Made by a program: the position numbers and the translations under genes. Under the pieces are notes generated by a model, which saw only the letters and a list, made by a program, of their open reading frames with translations, did no database searches and was not told where the DNA came from. From assembly GCF_963921235.1 (NCBI RefSeq), contig NC_086097.1:208880001-208944000 (forward strand): a DNA stretch of 64,000 bases, given 5' to 3'. How positions within the stretch are numbered: position 1 is the first letter of the stretch; the number at the start of each line of letters is the position of its first letter. The DNA comes from Mobula hypostoma. Taxonomy: Eukaryota. Below, in pieces: positions 62,633 to 64,000 of the stretch.

Positions 62633-63351
62633 TTTTCTTGCGTCCTGTTGAATCAGCCAATGTTAGCACAGTTAACAAAGTCATATTTATGTTCAGACAT
62701 GTTGTTCAACCCTTATCAAATTTTAATTGTCCTTATCTATTGAGAAGCTGTAAATATGGCTTCATACATGGAAAACTCGGAATGTCCTGCGCTCTACATG
62801 TAAGGTGTTCTGAACACCAATTTCAAGTACTGTGACTTCAACAGCAGGTTAGATCCTAAGCATCCTGTGGCAAGTGATACACTTCTTTACTCCCTGAAAT
62901 TTTGTACTATGTACCAGAAGTTTGATGGAAGTATTATTATGGTTGCATTTATTTTACATTTCATGATAAACACAGCCCCAACAACACTTGGGAGTATTCA
63001 CACCATCTGAAATAAAGCATCTAGGTGTCAGGACTTAACCAAAACCCATCCACCAACATAAATTGTATCTCTCTCCACCACTACAACAGACACGGCAGCA
63101 GATTTAGCAAGAATTGACATTCCAAAACCATGAGTTCTATCACCAAATGTTCATAAATTAGGAATGGAAACAATCCTTTTCCAGTCCCCACAGAACACCA
63201 TTCCTGACCATCCTTTATGTAGTAGATACAGATACAGATGCCCTGCCTATGGTCAATGAACATTCCGAAGTGTTCAATCCAACACTTCTTCTTTTCCTGT
63301 GTTTCTGGTTGAAGACCCACTGTATAACAAGTACACTCAATGAAAAACCGC

Positions 63352-63642
63352 ATTTATTAATCTGGAGTTGGGAACAAGCCCTTCCAGCCCAACGAGCCAC
63401 ATCACCCAGCAACCTATCTAATTAACATTAGCCTAATCACGGGACAATTTGCAATGACCAATTAACCTACTAACTGGTACATCTTTAGACTGTAGGAAGA
63501 AACCGGAGCAACCAGAGGAAACCCATGTGGTCACGGGGAGAATCTATAAACTCCTTACAGATGGCACTGGAATGGAACTCCCAAGTCCAGAACCTCCTGG
63601 GCTGGAAGAGTGTCACACTAACTGCAAAGCTACCACGGCACC
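63352..63642 (-). mobile_element. V-SINE
   Basis: Reverse-complement V domain gaagaaaccggagcaaccagaggaaacccatgtggtcacggggagaa. Confidence 0.8.
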
Positions 63643-64000
63643 CTTCAAATGTTTCGCCTTCAGTCAGTGTGAGCTGAGGCTCATAGTGATTTCTTGCCAA
63701 GAAAATATCAATTTCTGATATTTTATCAGTTTTATCAATTTTTGTGTAAACATTAAAATATGCCTGGTTTTCTACTGTTCCAAAACATACCTATTTAATT
63801 TCAGCCCATAGTTCTTCTGAGTAAAAAAGATCTGTTCCTTCATTGAATAATGGCCATTGTACAAAGTATATTCAGCTATAAATCTAATTTTTAGCCCTCC
63901 AGAGAAGATCACTGTAGATCTCCTTGCTCCAGTTCATGAATGGTAATTTCCTATTTGCAAACAACGGATTTTTTTTGTGTTAATGTAATATAGCTTAACT

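Overview
Repeat-dense eukaryotic (vertebrate) intronic or intergenic DNA. The repeat mix (CR1-clade LINEs, V-SINEs, Rex1/Babar LINEs, Penelope-like elements) suggests a cartilaginous fish such as a ray or skate; this is an inference. There are no prokaryotic features, CRISPR arrays, rRNA or true tRNA genes. Most of the window is nested transposable-element debris: many CR1 and Rex1/Babar fragments, one young CR1 with a near-complete but frameshifted ORF2 (30716-33969, -), a Sleeping Beauty-like Tc1 built from two right ends (29771-34659), four non-autonomous Tigger/pogo-like elements, a palindromic mariner MITE, V-SINEs and a CORE-SINE. The most notable signal is a family of Penelope-like terminal repeats carrying a minimal type I hammerhead ribozyme motif (CTGAnGA-stem II-GAAA-CG-TC). 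These repeats occur repeatedly as fold-back (inverted-repeat) insertions, several flanked by 14-15 bp target-site duplications (TSDs). One 66-bp candidate coding exon of an unidentified host gene lies on the minus strand (27764-27829). Boundaries of decayed repeats are approximate, and family names come from recalled motifs, not database searches.
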